IMG/VR virus record: IMGVR_UViG_3300049460_000369
Source: an uncultured virus (IMG/VR IMGVR_UViG_3300049460_000369)
Lineage: Duplodnaviria; Heunggongvirae; Uroviricota; Caudoviricetes
DNA: 64,000 bases
Direction: 5' to 3' (one strand)
Within the stretch, counting starts at the first letter, position 1. Each line of letters starts with the position of its first letter. Under the pieces are notes generated by a model. That model was given only the letters and a program-made list of their open reading frames with translations. It was not told where the DNA came from and made no database searches. Position numbers and translations under genes: made by a program. This document shows, one piece after another, positions 55,304-64,000 of the stretch.

Positions 55304-55599
55304 TAGTGTTGAAGCTTAAAGGTAAAGTTGATACAATCAAAAGCATCAGTGATTTGAATCACATCGCCAGTTGAATAATGAATGATCTGGGCACTTGGAA
55401 ACATGCCCTTGAATGCAGCCCAGAACGGACTTTGATCGAATGGCATGTACCGACATTTCAATGTCAGTAGCTCAATGGTGTCGGGCGTTACTTCATCACC
55501 AGTAATACGACGCAACACATGGGAGTAATGCGCCATATCATGGAGTTTGATGGGCCTTGGCGAATCCACTATTAGGCCATTTGCTATTTTGAAATACAT
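55303..55599 (-). CDS. FKL-motif paralog family member (divergent)
   Basis: ITDAFDCINFTFKL. Confidence 0.55.
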   Translation of the reverse strand: MYFKIANGLIVDSPRPIKLHDMAHYSHVLRRITGDEVTPDTIELLTLKCRYMPFDQSPFWAAFKGMFPSAQIIHYSTGDVIQITDAFDCINFTFKLQH

Positions 55600-55627
55600 A
55601 GATGGGGGATTGCTCCCCCTCCTTTCA

Positions 55628-57019
55628 TCAGTACTTGAGCTTCTTCAGATCTTCCAACTCACCATTGAAAATGTCTTTCAGTTTCTGTGGCGACTTCAAG
55701 GTAGCCTTATACTCCTTGATGTTGGCTTGGAGACGAGCAATGTTGTCCTTGATGGTCTGATAGTAGTCTTTCGCCCATCGGAACGTACTCAAACTAACAA
55801 TGCTGTCGAGCTGTTTGGCATCCAGACCAATCGAAGCGGTGATCGTTGCCACATCAGACAGTATAGCATCTTTGTCGATTTTCTTAATCAAACGTTCTGG
55901 TAATTTGTCATCGAAACATGCCTTCAAACCCTGCCAATATTTCAACTCGTATGAATCGTCGTCCAGCATCTTCTGATAACGATTGGTGTACCAGCTCAGA
56001 CGCCATGCCACAAACTCTTTAACGACCGTGGTGGCACTATCGTATTGACGAATACTTTGACCATTCCAGTCAATGACCACAATACGTTCAGTTGCCCGTT
56101 GACGCAGTTTGAAGAAGTCAATCGCTTGAGTGTCAGTCCATGCCGAGATAGTACCACGCTTGAATTTTACAGTTATTTTGATTTCACTGGTGCTCTTGTC
56201 AGTATAGCTGTGGATCTTGTCTTCCTCTTCCAGCTTGTTCAAACGCTTCTTGAAAGCCTCCAAAGTCATACCAGGTGGCAATTCGCTAACAAGTACGGTC
56301 GAAGAGTCGACTACCTTTGCAACACCGCTGAACTCCCAAACGTTATCTTCCAGTTGCTTGACAGCACACTTCAGATAGTCATACGATGGTTCCAGACCTT
56401 TTGGCTCTTCGCCATTCAAAGCCGCTTGTGTGGCTGCAATGATTTTCTTCAAACTACGTGGCAGAATTTCAGTACTCCAACCAACCGCAATACCCGAGAT
56501 ACCGTTCAACAATACCAATGGGATGATCGGCAAGAAGTGTTCTGGTTCCTTGACTGATCCGTCATAGTTGTCCTTGAGCGGAATGATGTCCTTGTCTTGA
56601 TAGACCAATGATTCAGTGAGTGCGGTTTTCTTCACATATGTGTAACGCGGAGCACCGATGCCCTCGACTGGAGCTACTCGAGTGCCGAATGCACCAATGC
56701 CGTGGATCAGGGGAACGTTATTGACATAGGGCGCAGCCAGCATACTGATGGCCATACTGGCACTCATGTCGCCTGACAAGTAAATGCCCTCAGAGATCAT
56801 TTCACCAGACAGCGAAACCGTTTTGATCTTCTCGCCTTTATTGCGAAGCATCCAAAGTGCTTTGCGCTGACTATCCTTGAGACCATCTGAGATATTTGGA
56901 ATTGCACGTGACGAGCAAACATAGATTGAATACTCCCTCGAAGTGCTGCGAACATAGTCGCTTGATGCCGAAATTTCAATTGATGCTTGTGGTTCAGCTT
57001 GTTGTTTTGTTTTTTTCAT
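55628..57019 (-). CDS. type IIA DNA topoisomerase, GyrA/ParC/T4 gp52-like subunit
   Basis: RAIPNISDGLK.SQRK, active-site APRY, P.VLLNG.SGIAVGWST.I.P, ELPP. Confidence 0.92.
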   Translation of the reverse strand: MKKTKQQAEPQASIEISASSDYVRSTSREYSIYVCSSRAIPNISDGLKDSQRKALWMLRNKGEKIKTVSLSGEMISEGIYLSGDMSASMAISMLAAPYVNNVPLIHGIGAFGTRVAPVEGIGAPRYTYVKKTALTESLVYQDKDIIPLKDNYDGSVKEPEHFLPIIPLVLLNGISGIAVGWSTEILPRSLKKIIAATQAALNGEEPKGLEPSYDYLKCAVKQLEDNVWEFSGVAKVVDSSTVLVSELPPGMTLEAFKKRLNKLEEEDKIHSYTDKSTSEIKITVKFKRGTISAWTDTQAIDFFKLRQRATERIVVIDWNGQSIRQYDSATTVVKEFVAWRLSWYTNRYQKMLDDDSYELKYWQGLKACFDDKLPERLIKKIDKDAILSDVATITASIGLDAKQLDSIVSLSTFRWAKDYYQTIKDNIARLQANIKEYKATLKSPQKLKDIFNGELEDLKKLKY

Positions 57020-57020
57020 G

Positions 57021-57248
57021 TTATGATTTAGTTGGATGTTGTGTTGAAAGTTTGAACATCACTGCAATATCAGCATCGTCAAACATAATGCCAATCAGTT
57101 TGCCACGCCACCAATGTGGCGTCATGTGCTTACTCGAACCTTCCGTAACAGCAGCTTGTTTGATTTCGAGCCAGTCTCGCATTGAAAGGTGTGGCTCGAA
57201 CTTTACTAGTAGGTATTCGATTGAATTTGGACTACTTTGCATTGACAT
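57021..57248 (-). CDS. FKL-motif paralog family member
   Basis: FDDADIAVMFKL. Confidence 0.7.
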   Translation of the reverse strand: MSMQSSPNSIEYLLVKFEPHLSMRDWLEIKQAAVTEGSSKHMTPHWWRGKLIGIMFDDADIAVMFKLSTQHPTKS

Positions 57249-57250
57249 AT

Positions 57251-57577
57251 TTACGACCAGGTTAGTTTGAATAGGACCGCATCAGTCTCATTCTGGAAAT
57301 GCCAAATACGTTCATCCCAGCTGTTTCTGATCAGTATCGAATCAGTCCAATAGCCCGTGCAATAGGCAGCACACCAATTCGTGATACGTCTAGTCTCATC
57401 GAATGAGACTACTTTGTTAGGCAGTGACGCCCAATGTGGGCAAGTCTCTTTGAATAGCTCGCTCAATTGCTTGATGTTGACATTGGTTTCGCCAATTGCC
57501 TTATAGGACGACAAGCGATTGCCATTCAGATAATCGCTTGCGTTCAAATTAGAGGCCGATCCAGGTTTTACGGTCAT
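57251..57577 (-). CDS. FKL-motif paralog family member
   Basis: ITNWCAAYC...W...FQNETDAVLFKLTWS. Confidence 0.75.
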   Translation of the reverse strand: MTVKPGSASNLNASDYLNGNRLSSYKAIGETNVNIKQLSELFKETCPHWASLPNKVVSFDETRRITNWCAAYCTGYWTDSILIRNSWDERIWHFQNETDAVLFKLTWS

Positions 57578-59420
57578 TTGCTCGTTTTGGATTGAAGATC
57601 AGGTCAAGCGTTTCTTTCATCTTACCATCGTCGACGATCGGGAATAATTTAGGATTAGCCAAACTGTGTTCCCAGTCTTCTTTCGTCAGAGTGCCAAGAC
57701 CTTTCGCACGAGTGATCGACCAGCCCTTGTAGTCTTCTGGTTTGAAGTCATCCACGTTATCCGAATACCAATACTTACGGGTCTTACCCTTCTCAGCAAT
57801 GATGAATGGAGTCATGAATACATTGATGACTGGTGGCTTGGTGGGATCAAACAATTCAGGCCAATACTTGTAGAAGAAATTGATCAGCAGAGCGCCAATG
57901 TTCAAACCGTCTGGGTCCATGTCGTGTGCAATGAACACTTGGTTATATCGCATGGTGTGACGATTTGCCGTCATGCCAGGGATGATACCAATACTATTCA
58001 TAACATCGCGCAAGGCTCCGTCTTCCATTACTTCTTTGGCCAATGCCTCGAAGACGTTCATGACCTTACCTTTCAGACCAAGACCGCCGTGGATTTCAGG
58101 ATCACGCACACTTGCCATACCCGAGATAGCACTCAGACCCTCAGCTAGGAACAAGATGCACTTACTACGATCCAAACCGGTTGCATCCATGAGGCCTGGT
58201 ACTTTCTCGCGCAGCAGCTTCTTGGCTTCCTTGTTGATATCACTGGCGTCTTTTTTCATAGTGCGCTCAGCACAACGCTCATAGATCTCGTTGATCCAAT
58301 CAGGATATTTCTTGATCACGTTCTTGAAGAACTCTGGATCGTCCAATGCCTTCTTGATGTACTTACCAGTCTCTTCATTGTTCAATCGAGTCTTACTCTG
58401 ACTGTTAAAGTTTGGTGCGTCCATGGTAGTAATGTTGAAGATCAGAATACCTTCAGAGATATCACTACGATTTGGCGTCAGCTTGCGCTTCTTGGATTCA
58501 CGGGTTAGTGCTTCGATCAGGCCGCTAAAGAAGAAACGCTTCAGCGTGTCAATGTGAATACCGCCGTCAAATGCCGGAATACGATTGACCAACGAGTGTT
58601 GATGTTCACCAGATTCCATGAAGTTTGGCAACAACCAGAAGTTGGAGTCAAACGTTTCTTCCTTGACTTCAATGTGAATTGGCTTCAGACCAGCAAACAA
58701 ACTCTTCTCAACCGATTTTGGCTGAATGCGTTCGCCGTTGTAGTAGACCTTGATCTTAGGGCAGCACAACGCAATCTCATACATGCGCGAATGAATGAAC
58801 TCGTCTGGCAATGTCATGTCTTTGAACACTTTCGGGCTCAACTTAAATTCAATCTTGGTGCCATGCTTTGCAGTTGCCTTGGCCTTCACTACTGCGGGCT
58901 TGATCACCAGTGCATCAGTGCCTTCAACAAATTCTTGTTTGAAGGATTGACCATCGCGCTCTACAAAGATCGTGAAGTATTCAGAACAGAAGTTAACACC
59001 TGAAGCACCGATACCATTAGTACCAGCTACTTGACCACGCTCTTGGAAGTTACGACCAGCACGCGCTTGACTCAATGCCAAGGTGGCCATATAGGTCTGA
59101 TGTTCTTCCGAGAACTTAATTGGGATACCGCGCCCGTTATCTTCAACACTGAAGATCATATTAGCCGGGTCATACGTTACATCGATGCGATCACCATAAC
59201 CGTGACCCACTACTTCATCCAGTGCATTATCCAAAATTTCGCGGAAGGCCGTAAACACTGCCGGAATCCAGGTCATTTCTTTAGGAGTTGGTTTGCCTTC
59301 AGGATATGTCAGAATAGTCTGGGTATGTGCGTCTCGAGATCCATAGTACATCTCAAGGCGCAAGCGAGTATGGGCCCAGTCTGATAATTTGATAATTTCT
59401 TCGCTTGGTTTTGTTGTCAT
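57549..59420 (-). CDS. type IIA DNA topoisomerase, GyrB/ParE/T4 gp39+60-like subunit
   Basis: GHKL EILDNA.DE, DNGRGIP, GTNGIG; TOPRIM EGLSA, LKGK..N, DMDPDG, KGLG. Confidence 0.93.
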   Translation of the reverse strand: MTTKPSEEIIKLSDWAHTRLRLEMYYGSRDAHTQTILTYPEGKPTPKEMTWIPAVFTAFREILDNALDEVVGHGYGDRIDVTYDPANMIFSVEDNGRGIPIKFSEEHQTYMATLALSQARAGRNFQERGQVAGTNGIGASGVNFCSEYFTIFVERDGQSFKQEFVEGTDALVIKPAVVKAKATAKHGTKIEFKLSPKVFKDMTLPDEFIHSRMYEIALCCPKIKVYYNGERIQPKSVEKSLFAGLKPIHIEVKEETFDSNFWLLPNFMESGEHQHSLVNRIPAFDGGIHIDTLKRFFFSGLIEALTRESKKRKLTPNRSDISEGILIFNITTMDAPNFNSQSKTRLNNEETGKYIKKALDDPEFFKNVIKKYPDWINEIYERCAERTMKKDASDINKEAKKLLREKVPGLMDATGLDRSKCILFLAEGLSAISGMASVRDPEIHGGLGLKGKVMNVFEALAKEVMEDGALRDVMNSIGIIPGMTANRHTMRYNQVFIAHDMDPDGLNIGALLINFFYKYWPELFDPTKPPVINVFMTPFIIAEKGKTRKYWYSDNVDDFKPEDYKGWSITRAKGLGTLTKEDWEHSLANPKLFPIVDDGKMKETLDLIFNPKRANDRKTWIGL

Positions 59421-59532
59421 TTGTGATACCAGTTAATTGTGAGTGTGAGTATATGGCATATTAGACTTGACGCAAAATATACCACCAGACCATTTATGCA
59501 ACCATAAATATCCAAAACTCTTGGAGTCATTT

Positions 59533-60081
59533 ATGACATACACCACCTATAAAGTAACTATCACCCCGTACACGGTTTCTGGGGCCAATCAAGGCGGTTT
59601 TCTGGACAACGTATTGGTACAACAGTATGGCCTCAAGTCAGGTCTGACCTTTGAACAATGTCAAGACAAACGTCGTGCTAATCTACGTTGGGCTGACATC
59701 ATGGAATCGTTGGCATTTGAAGCCAATCCAAACTTCCAGAACATTCAAGCTATTGGGGCCGCCGTTGATACGCCAGCAACTAGCTTCTACTTTGAAGTGA
59801 TCTATGCCGCAGCTGGCATGCCCGCAACTTACCGCAACGGCGTACGCATTGAAGGCGCGGAATGTGTGAAGCAATGGATCGCTGAAGCACTTGTGAATGA
59901 TTCGAAGGATCAGTGTGAAGTATTCGATCCCACGCTCACAGAAGAGATTGCAGAAAAATTCCACACTGGTGGCGTAGTAGAAGCACACATCGCAGTGGGT
60001 CCACGCTTTATGATTCTGAATGTGGATCACTTGGCTGATACCATTGCTGCCGCTAAGGCAAACATCGCCGTTACGGTATAA
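59533..60081 (+). CDS. hypothetical late protein
   Basis: GGAG RBS; ATAAATA at 59504-59510. Confidence 0.7.
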   Translation: MTYTTYKVTITPYTVSGANQGGFLDNVLVQQYGLKSGLTFEQCQDKRRANLRWADIMESLAFEANPNFQNIQAIGAAVDTPATSFYFEVIYAAAGMPATYRNGVRIEGAECVKQWIAEALVNDSKDQCEVFDPTLTEEIAEKFHTGGVVEAHIAVGPRFMILNVDHLADTIAAAKANIAVTV

Positions 60082-60174
60082 GGTAAGCGCTGAGGTTGTG
60101 TGAGTTTAGAAACCATAAATATGGCTACGGCACGAATGCCGTTATACTAAACTTACAAATATCACCTCAATAAT

Positions 60175-61530
60175 ATGAAAACAATCTCAGCACTTTTTAC
60201 ACTCCTAGTAGCACTAACTGTCTCAGCAGTGGCAGCATACTTCTCGGTTGTGGGCTTGGCCGCGTTGTTCGCCGCAACATTCGTCCCCGTTGTTATTATG
60301 GGCACGACTCTCGAAATCGGTAAACTAGTGGCCGTGCAATGGCTGCACATGAACTGGTCCAATCCCAACGTCAATTGGCTACACCGTACCTACAAAACTC
60401 TTGCCATCATCGCACTGATGCTCATCACTAGTATTGGTATCTATGGCTTCCTGTCTAAGGGCCATCTGGAACAAGAAGCACCACTTGAAGGTATTGAACT
60501 CCAGATTGGACAACGTGAGCAGCAAATCAAAGTATTGACTGACTCCAATACAGCACTCCAAACTAAGCTTACTCAGTTGGATAAAAGCATTGACTCGTTC
60601 TTGAGCAAAGACAAAGCATCGCAGGGTCTCAAAGCACGAAACAGCCAGAAAGGCGAACGTGCGACCATCGATAACCAAATCGCCACCAACAACGAACAAA
60701 TCAATAAACTGAACTCCGAAATCCTGCCACTCAAAATGCAGTCTAGCGAAGTTCATGCAAAGTTGGGCCCGATCAAATACGTGGCCGAATTGCTGGGTTG
60801 GCAAGACACCAATTCCGCTGTACGTCTAGTCATCTTGATTCTGATGTTTGCGTTCGATCCATTCGCAATCGTTATGCTAATCAGTGCAACGATTACGTTC
60901 AAGGAACTAGGTGAAGAACGCGAAGCTAAACAGGCTCAAGCAAAACAAGAAGCCAAGGAAGCACAAATGGCAGCAGCTCTTATTGCTGATGTTCAAATCC
61001 AAGAAGCTAAACCAGACGAACTCAGGGCGCAATCGATCATACAGACACATACTTTGCCTCAGGTTGAAGAAGAAGTTGTGCCAGACGTCGACCTCGTCAG
61101 TGAGCAGACAACCGTGGAGCCAGTACTCCATATTGAACACGACGATGAGCATCACGAACTAGAAGATGAGCCAGAAGAGTTCGTGGAAGAAGATCACATC
61201 ATTGAAGCACCAATCGCCGAAGCACCAGTTGAAGACCCGCAATTGGCCGAGTATCGTGCTGCATTGGAAAAATTTGTAAGTGAAGCTTACAAACAAGATA
61301 AATCACCAGCTGTTGATGTAGTGCCGACGCCTACCGAGAAGCAACAGTTGATCGAATTGTTGGAGAAGCAACCAGGTTTGTTGGAAGTAATGATCGACGT
61401 TATTAGCACCTATAAACAACCAGAAGCAGCAATTGAAACCCCTGAACTGACAAACGAAGAACCTCTCGATACCGAAACACCGTCGACATTGGATCCAACA
61501 CCAACAAAGCCTCGTAACGGATGGCTGTAA
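60175..61530 (+). CDS. membrane protein with coiled coil and acidic C-terminal tail
   Basis: N-terminal TMs (AAYFSVVGL..LF, LE.GKLV, LITSIGIYGFLSK.H), coiled coil, TM FDP.A; ATAAATA at 60115-60121. Confidence 0.8.
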   Translation: MKTISALFTLLVALTVSAVAAYFSVVGLAALFAATFVPVVIMGTTLEIGKLVAVQWLHMNWSNPNVNWLHRTYKTLAIIALMLITSIGIYGFLSKGHLEQEAPLEGIELQIGQREQQIKVLTDSNTALQTKLTQLDKSIDSFLSKDKASQGLKARNSQKGERATIDNQIATNNEQINKLNSEILPLKMQSSEVHAKLGPIKYVAELLGWQDTNSAVRLVILILMFAFDPFAIVMLISATITFKELGEEREAKQAQAKQEAKEAQMAAALIADVQIQEAKPDELRAQSIIQTHTLPQVEEEVVPDVDLVSEQTTVEPVLHIEHDDEHHELEDEPEEFVEEDHIIEAPIAEAPVEDPQLAEYRAALEKFVSEAYKQDKSPAVDVVPTPTEKQQLIELLEKQPGLLEVMIDVISTYKQPEAAIETPELTNEEPLDTETPSTLDPTPTKPRNGWL

Positions 61531-61594
61531 TTGCAGTATTTAAACGAAAAGTCCGGTTCATAAATATTTGACACCGGACTATAAGGAAATTCTA

Positions 61595-62866
61595 ATGTCA
61601 GAAGCCGATAAAAATCTTCACTGCTCTTTCTGCTCTAAAAATGCGCAGGAAGTGAAAAAATTGATCGCTGGACCAAGTGTATACATTTGCGACGAATGTG
61701 TTAGCCTGTGCCACGATATCTTGTCCGTTGATCCATCAACAGGTCAAGTTACAACCTCCGAGACCATGGCCTCTGACGCCCATGGTTTGCCTAGCCCTAG
61801 TAAAATCAAAGAGTTCATGGACCAATACATCATTGGTCAAGACTACGCCAAAATGGTAGTCAGCGTGGCAGTGCATAATCACTACCTCCGACTCAACCAT
61901 GCAGCTGACTCTGATGTGGAAATTGACAAGAGTAATATCTTGATCTTCGGCCCATCAGGTTCAGGTAAGACTTTGATCGCACAAACAATCGCCAAATATC
62001 TGGATGTTCCCTTTGCAATCGTAGACGCAACCTCATTGACCGAAGCTGGTTATGTGGGCGACGACGTTGAAAGTATCCTGACCAAGCTCCTCACAAGTGC
62101 AGGTGGCGATGTACAAAAAGCCGAACGCGGTATCATCTACTTGGATGAGATCGACAAGAAGCATAAGAAAGAAGGCGGTGGCAATAAAGACGTATCAGGT
62201 GAAGGCGTTCAGCAATCATTGCTGAAGATCATCGAAGGATCTGAAGTCTTGATCCCAGCTTCTGGTAACAAGAAAAATCCAAATGCCGAACTCGTTAAGA
62301 TCAACACCAAGAATATTCTGTTCATGGTCGGTGGTGCTTTCGTGGGCCTTGACAAAGTAGTGGAGAAATCCATGAACAAAAACAAAGGCATTGGCTTTGG
62401 CTCGACCATAGCAAAAGAACGAGAAATCAATGACATCCTGCGTCATACACTGCCAGAACACTTGGTACAGTTTGGTATCATCCCAGAACTGATCGGTCGT
62501 CTTCCAATCAGTGCCCCCTTGGAAGAACTTACTACCACTCAATTGGTTAAAGTATTGACAGAACCCAAGAATGCAGTTATAAAACAGTTCATAAAGATCT
62601 TCCGTTATTCTGATATTGAACTTGAATTCTCCCCTGAAGCACTCGAAGCAATTGCAAGCACTGCGAAAACTCGCAAAACTGGTGCTCGCGGTCTCCGTAG
62701 CGTCATCGAAGCAAAACTTATCAAGACGCAATATCACTTACAAGAACTTAAAGACTCAGGTGTCACTAAGGTGGTGATGACTCGTGAGTCAATCATGGAA
62801 GACGCTGAGCCAGTTGTTTACCGTGAAGTAAAAGTTGAACCACCACAATCAAACGAAAACCCTTAA
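61595..62866 (+). CDS. clpX: ATP-dependent Clp protease ATP-binding subunit ClpX
   Basis: CSFC zinc-binding domain, GPSGSGKT, TEAGYVG, DEIDK, DVSGEGVQQ, IGF loop, TGARGLR. Confidence 0.95.
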   Translation: MSEADKNLHCSFCSKNAQEVKKLIAGPSVYICDECVSLCHDILSVDPSTGQVTTSETMASDAHGLPSPSKIKEFMDQYIIGQDYAKMVVSVAVHNHYLRLNHAADSDVEIDKSNILIFGPSGSGKTLIAQTIAKYLDVPFAIVDATSLTEAGYVGDDVESILTKLLTSAGGDVQKAERGIIYLDEIDKKHKKEGGGNKDVSGEGVQQSLLKIIEGSEVLIPASGNKKNPNAELVKINTKNILFMVGGAFVGLDKVVEKSMNKNKGIGFGSTIAKEREINDILRHTLPEHLVQFGIIPELIGRLPISAPLEELTTTQLVKVLTEPKNAVIKQFIKIFRYSDIELEFSPEALEAIASTAKTRKTGARGLRSVIEAKLIKTQYHLQELKDSGVTKVVMTRESIMEDAEPVVYREVKVEPPQSNENP

Positions 62867-62876
62867 GAGGAAGTAA

Positions 62877-63407
62877 TTGCAAAAAACTTTAGAGATTAAC
62901 GATCGTATCAAAGCAACACAGGTACGTTTCATTGATGAAAACGGCGTGCAAAAAGGCATCATCAGTTTGCGTGAAGCACTGTATCACGCAAATGCCGCAA
63001 ATCTGGATCTGGTTAAGATCGCGGAATCCAACCCACCAGTTTGCAAAGTGCTCGATGCTGGCAAATACCAGTATGAACAACAAAAGCTGCAAAAGCTGCA
63101 AGCCAAAAAACAACGTGAAGCAATCGTTGAATTGAAAGAAGTACAATTGCGTCCTGCTATTGATACCCATGACCTGGAGATCAAAGCACGTAAGGCTCGA
63201 GGCTTCTTGGACGACGGCAACAAAGTGAAAGTTGTTGTCCGACTCCATGGCCGCGAACGCTCAATGAAACACAAAGGCCACGAAGTCATCAACACGTTCA
63301 TTACCGCAATGGGCGAATGCAAGAAAGATGGCAACGTGACAGAGAACGGTAACCAGATTACCGTGATCCTAACAGCCAATACCCCCAAAGCAGTAAAGCC
63401 TGCTTGA
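62877..63407 (+). CDS. infC: translation initiation factor IF-3 (TTG start)
   Basis: IN.RI....VR.I, A...LDLV.I...PPVCK, KEVQLRP.ID.HD, KVKV...GRE. Confidence 0.92.
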   Translation: MQKTLEINDRIKATQVRFIDENGVQKGIISLREALYHANAANLDLVKIAESNPPVCKVLDAGKYQYEQQKLQKLQAKKQREAIVELKEVQLRPAIDTHDLEIKARKARGFLDDGNKVKVVVRLHGRERSMKHKGHEVINTFITAMGECKKDGNVTENGNQITVILTANTPKAVKPA

Positions 63408-63504
63408 TCAAATGGGCCCTAGTGGCCCATTCCTTTTACCACCTTCCAACTACCTAGCATCCAAACCGTGTATAGTGGCACCATTACCATCTATATAGAC
63501 TATC

Positions 63505-63903
63505 ATGATCCTGCTACCAATTGAAAGCGTCGCACCATTCATCAACGACTACTACATGAAATATAGCGATGGCGAACTTCTGGGGTTCATGCCATGCAGT
63601 ACAGTTGAGAACAACTACGCGAAATATTTCAGCGTCGAAACCACCAAGGGATCACGCGTCGTGCCAGTCTTCTACATGAAGTCATTCGTGTTTGACTCAG
63701 ATAAAAGCGATGATGACCGGGGCCCAGCACTTTTCTTCAAAGGGTGTGACGACGGGCATATGGGTCTCCACTTCAAAGATCGCGATGAGGCACTCAAGTG
63801 GATCGACGAACAGCCAATCACCGACTTCGAATTCCTGGTACAAATCGATACCATGAACTATCGCGCAGGTCAACGTAGCATCCCATTTTGCTACCATAAC
63901 TGA
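63505..63903 (+). CDS. hypothetical protein
   Basis: 132-aa ORF. Confidence 0.65.
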   Translation: MILLPIESVAPFINDYYMKYSDGELLGFMPCSTVENNYAKYFSVETTKGSRVVPVFYMKSFVFDSDKSDDDRGPALFFKGCDDGHMGLHFKDRDEALKWIDEQPITDFEFLVQIDTMNYRAGQRSIPFCYHN

Positions 63904-63910
63904 CACACGC

Positions 63911-63939
63911 TTGACTAAGTGAACAAATGAATATATCCT
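63911..63939 (+). promoter_or_regulatory. early promoter TTGACT-N17-TATCCT with AACAAATGAA box
   Basis: Spacer nearly identical to promoter at 9780. Confidence 0.65.
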
Positions 63940-63961
63940 CATAAGCTTATGAGGAGTTCAA

Positions 63962-64000
63962 ATGATCACTCGAGACCAAATCGTAGAAGCTTTGCTGGAT
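63962..64000 (+). CDS. hypothetical protein, 3'-partial
   Basis: GAGGAG RBS then ATG; runs off the window. Confidence 0.6.
   Translation, partial: MITRDQIVEALLD

Noticed and set aside
57021..57577. Intron, intein or homing endonuclease between the topoisomerase subunit genes
   Set aside because: Both subunits look complete, and the two intervening ORFs are FKL-family proteins with no nuclease or splicing motifs.
61595..63407. Bacterial chromosomal origin suggested by clpX, infC, guaC and coaD
   Set aside because: Usual bacterial neighbours (clpP/lon, thrS/rpmI/rplT) are absent; the context is phage-like small ORFs, T4-type late promoters and a tail fibre.
1520..63490. Recurrent TGGCAC(C) as sigma54 promoters
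   Set aside because: No TTGC at the required -12 spacing; several copies simply follow a sigma70 -10 box or lie in hairpins.
1..64000. Genome-wide TAG recoding (genetic code 15) suggested by the CUA tRNA
   Set aside because: Long conserved genes (guaC, clpX, topoisomerases, 7-kb tail fibre) are intact in code 11, coding density is high, and TAG ends several genes at plausible positions.

Overview
The window is a gene-dense segment of a large lytic dsDNA (jumbo-type, T4-superfamily-like) phage genome, probably of a proteobacterial host. About 1-46.8 kb is mostly + strand accessory region: over 100 small ORFs in cassettes driven by sigma70-type promoters. About 15 of these promoters carry a palindromic TTCAWWTGAA-like box at a fixed position in the 17-nt spacer. 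Recognisable products include Pth2, an HD/P-loop kinase, two R2K ATP-grasp proteins, a subtilase, CoaE-HD, CoaD, an RlaP-type nucleotidyltransferase, a minimal class II aaRS-like protein, a HAD nucleotidase, GuaC, Smr, QueD and YccA. The right end has a 2417-aa collagen-containing tail fibre behind a T4-type TATAAATA late promoter, two type II topoisomerase subunits, ClpX and IF3. The best candidate for a new system is an amber-readthrough module: a tRNA with a CUA anticodon and an abnormal anticodon arm (14375-14453), a pth2 gene whose RBS-linked ATG is followed by an in-frame TAG at codon 6 (10746-10748), and a PylRS/PheRS-like mini synthetase (37875-38477). Other notable items are the spacer-operator regulon, a ~16-member 'FxDExDAxxFKLxW' paralog family, tandem dead fragments of AAA15/DUF3696 defence ATPases, a possible CoA-salvage pair and a gene apparently starting at AUU. 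All family assignments are by eye from motifs; no searches were run.
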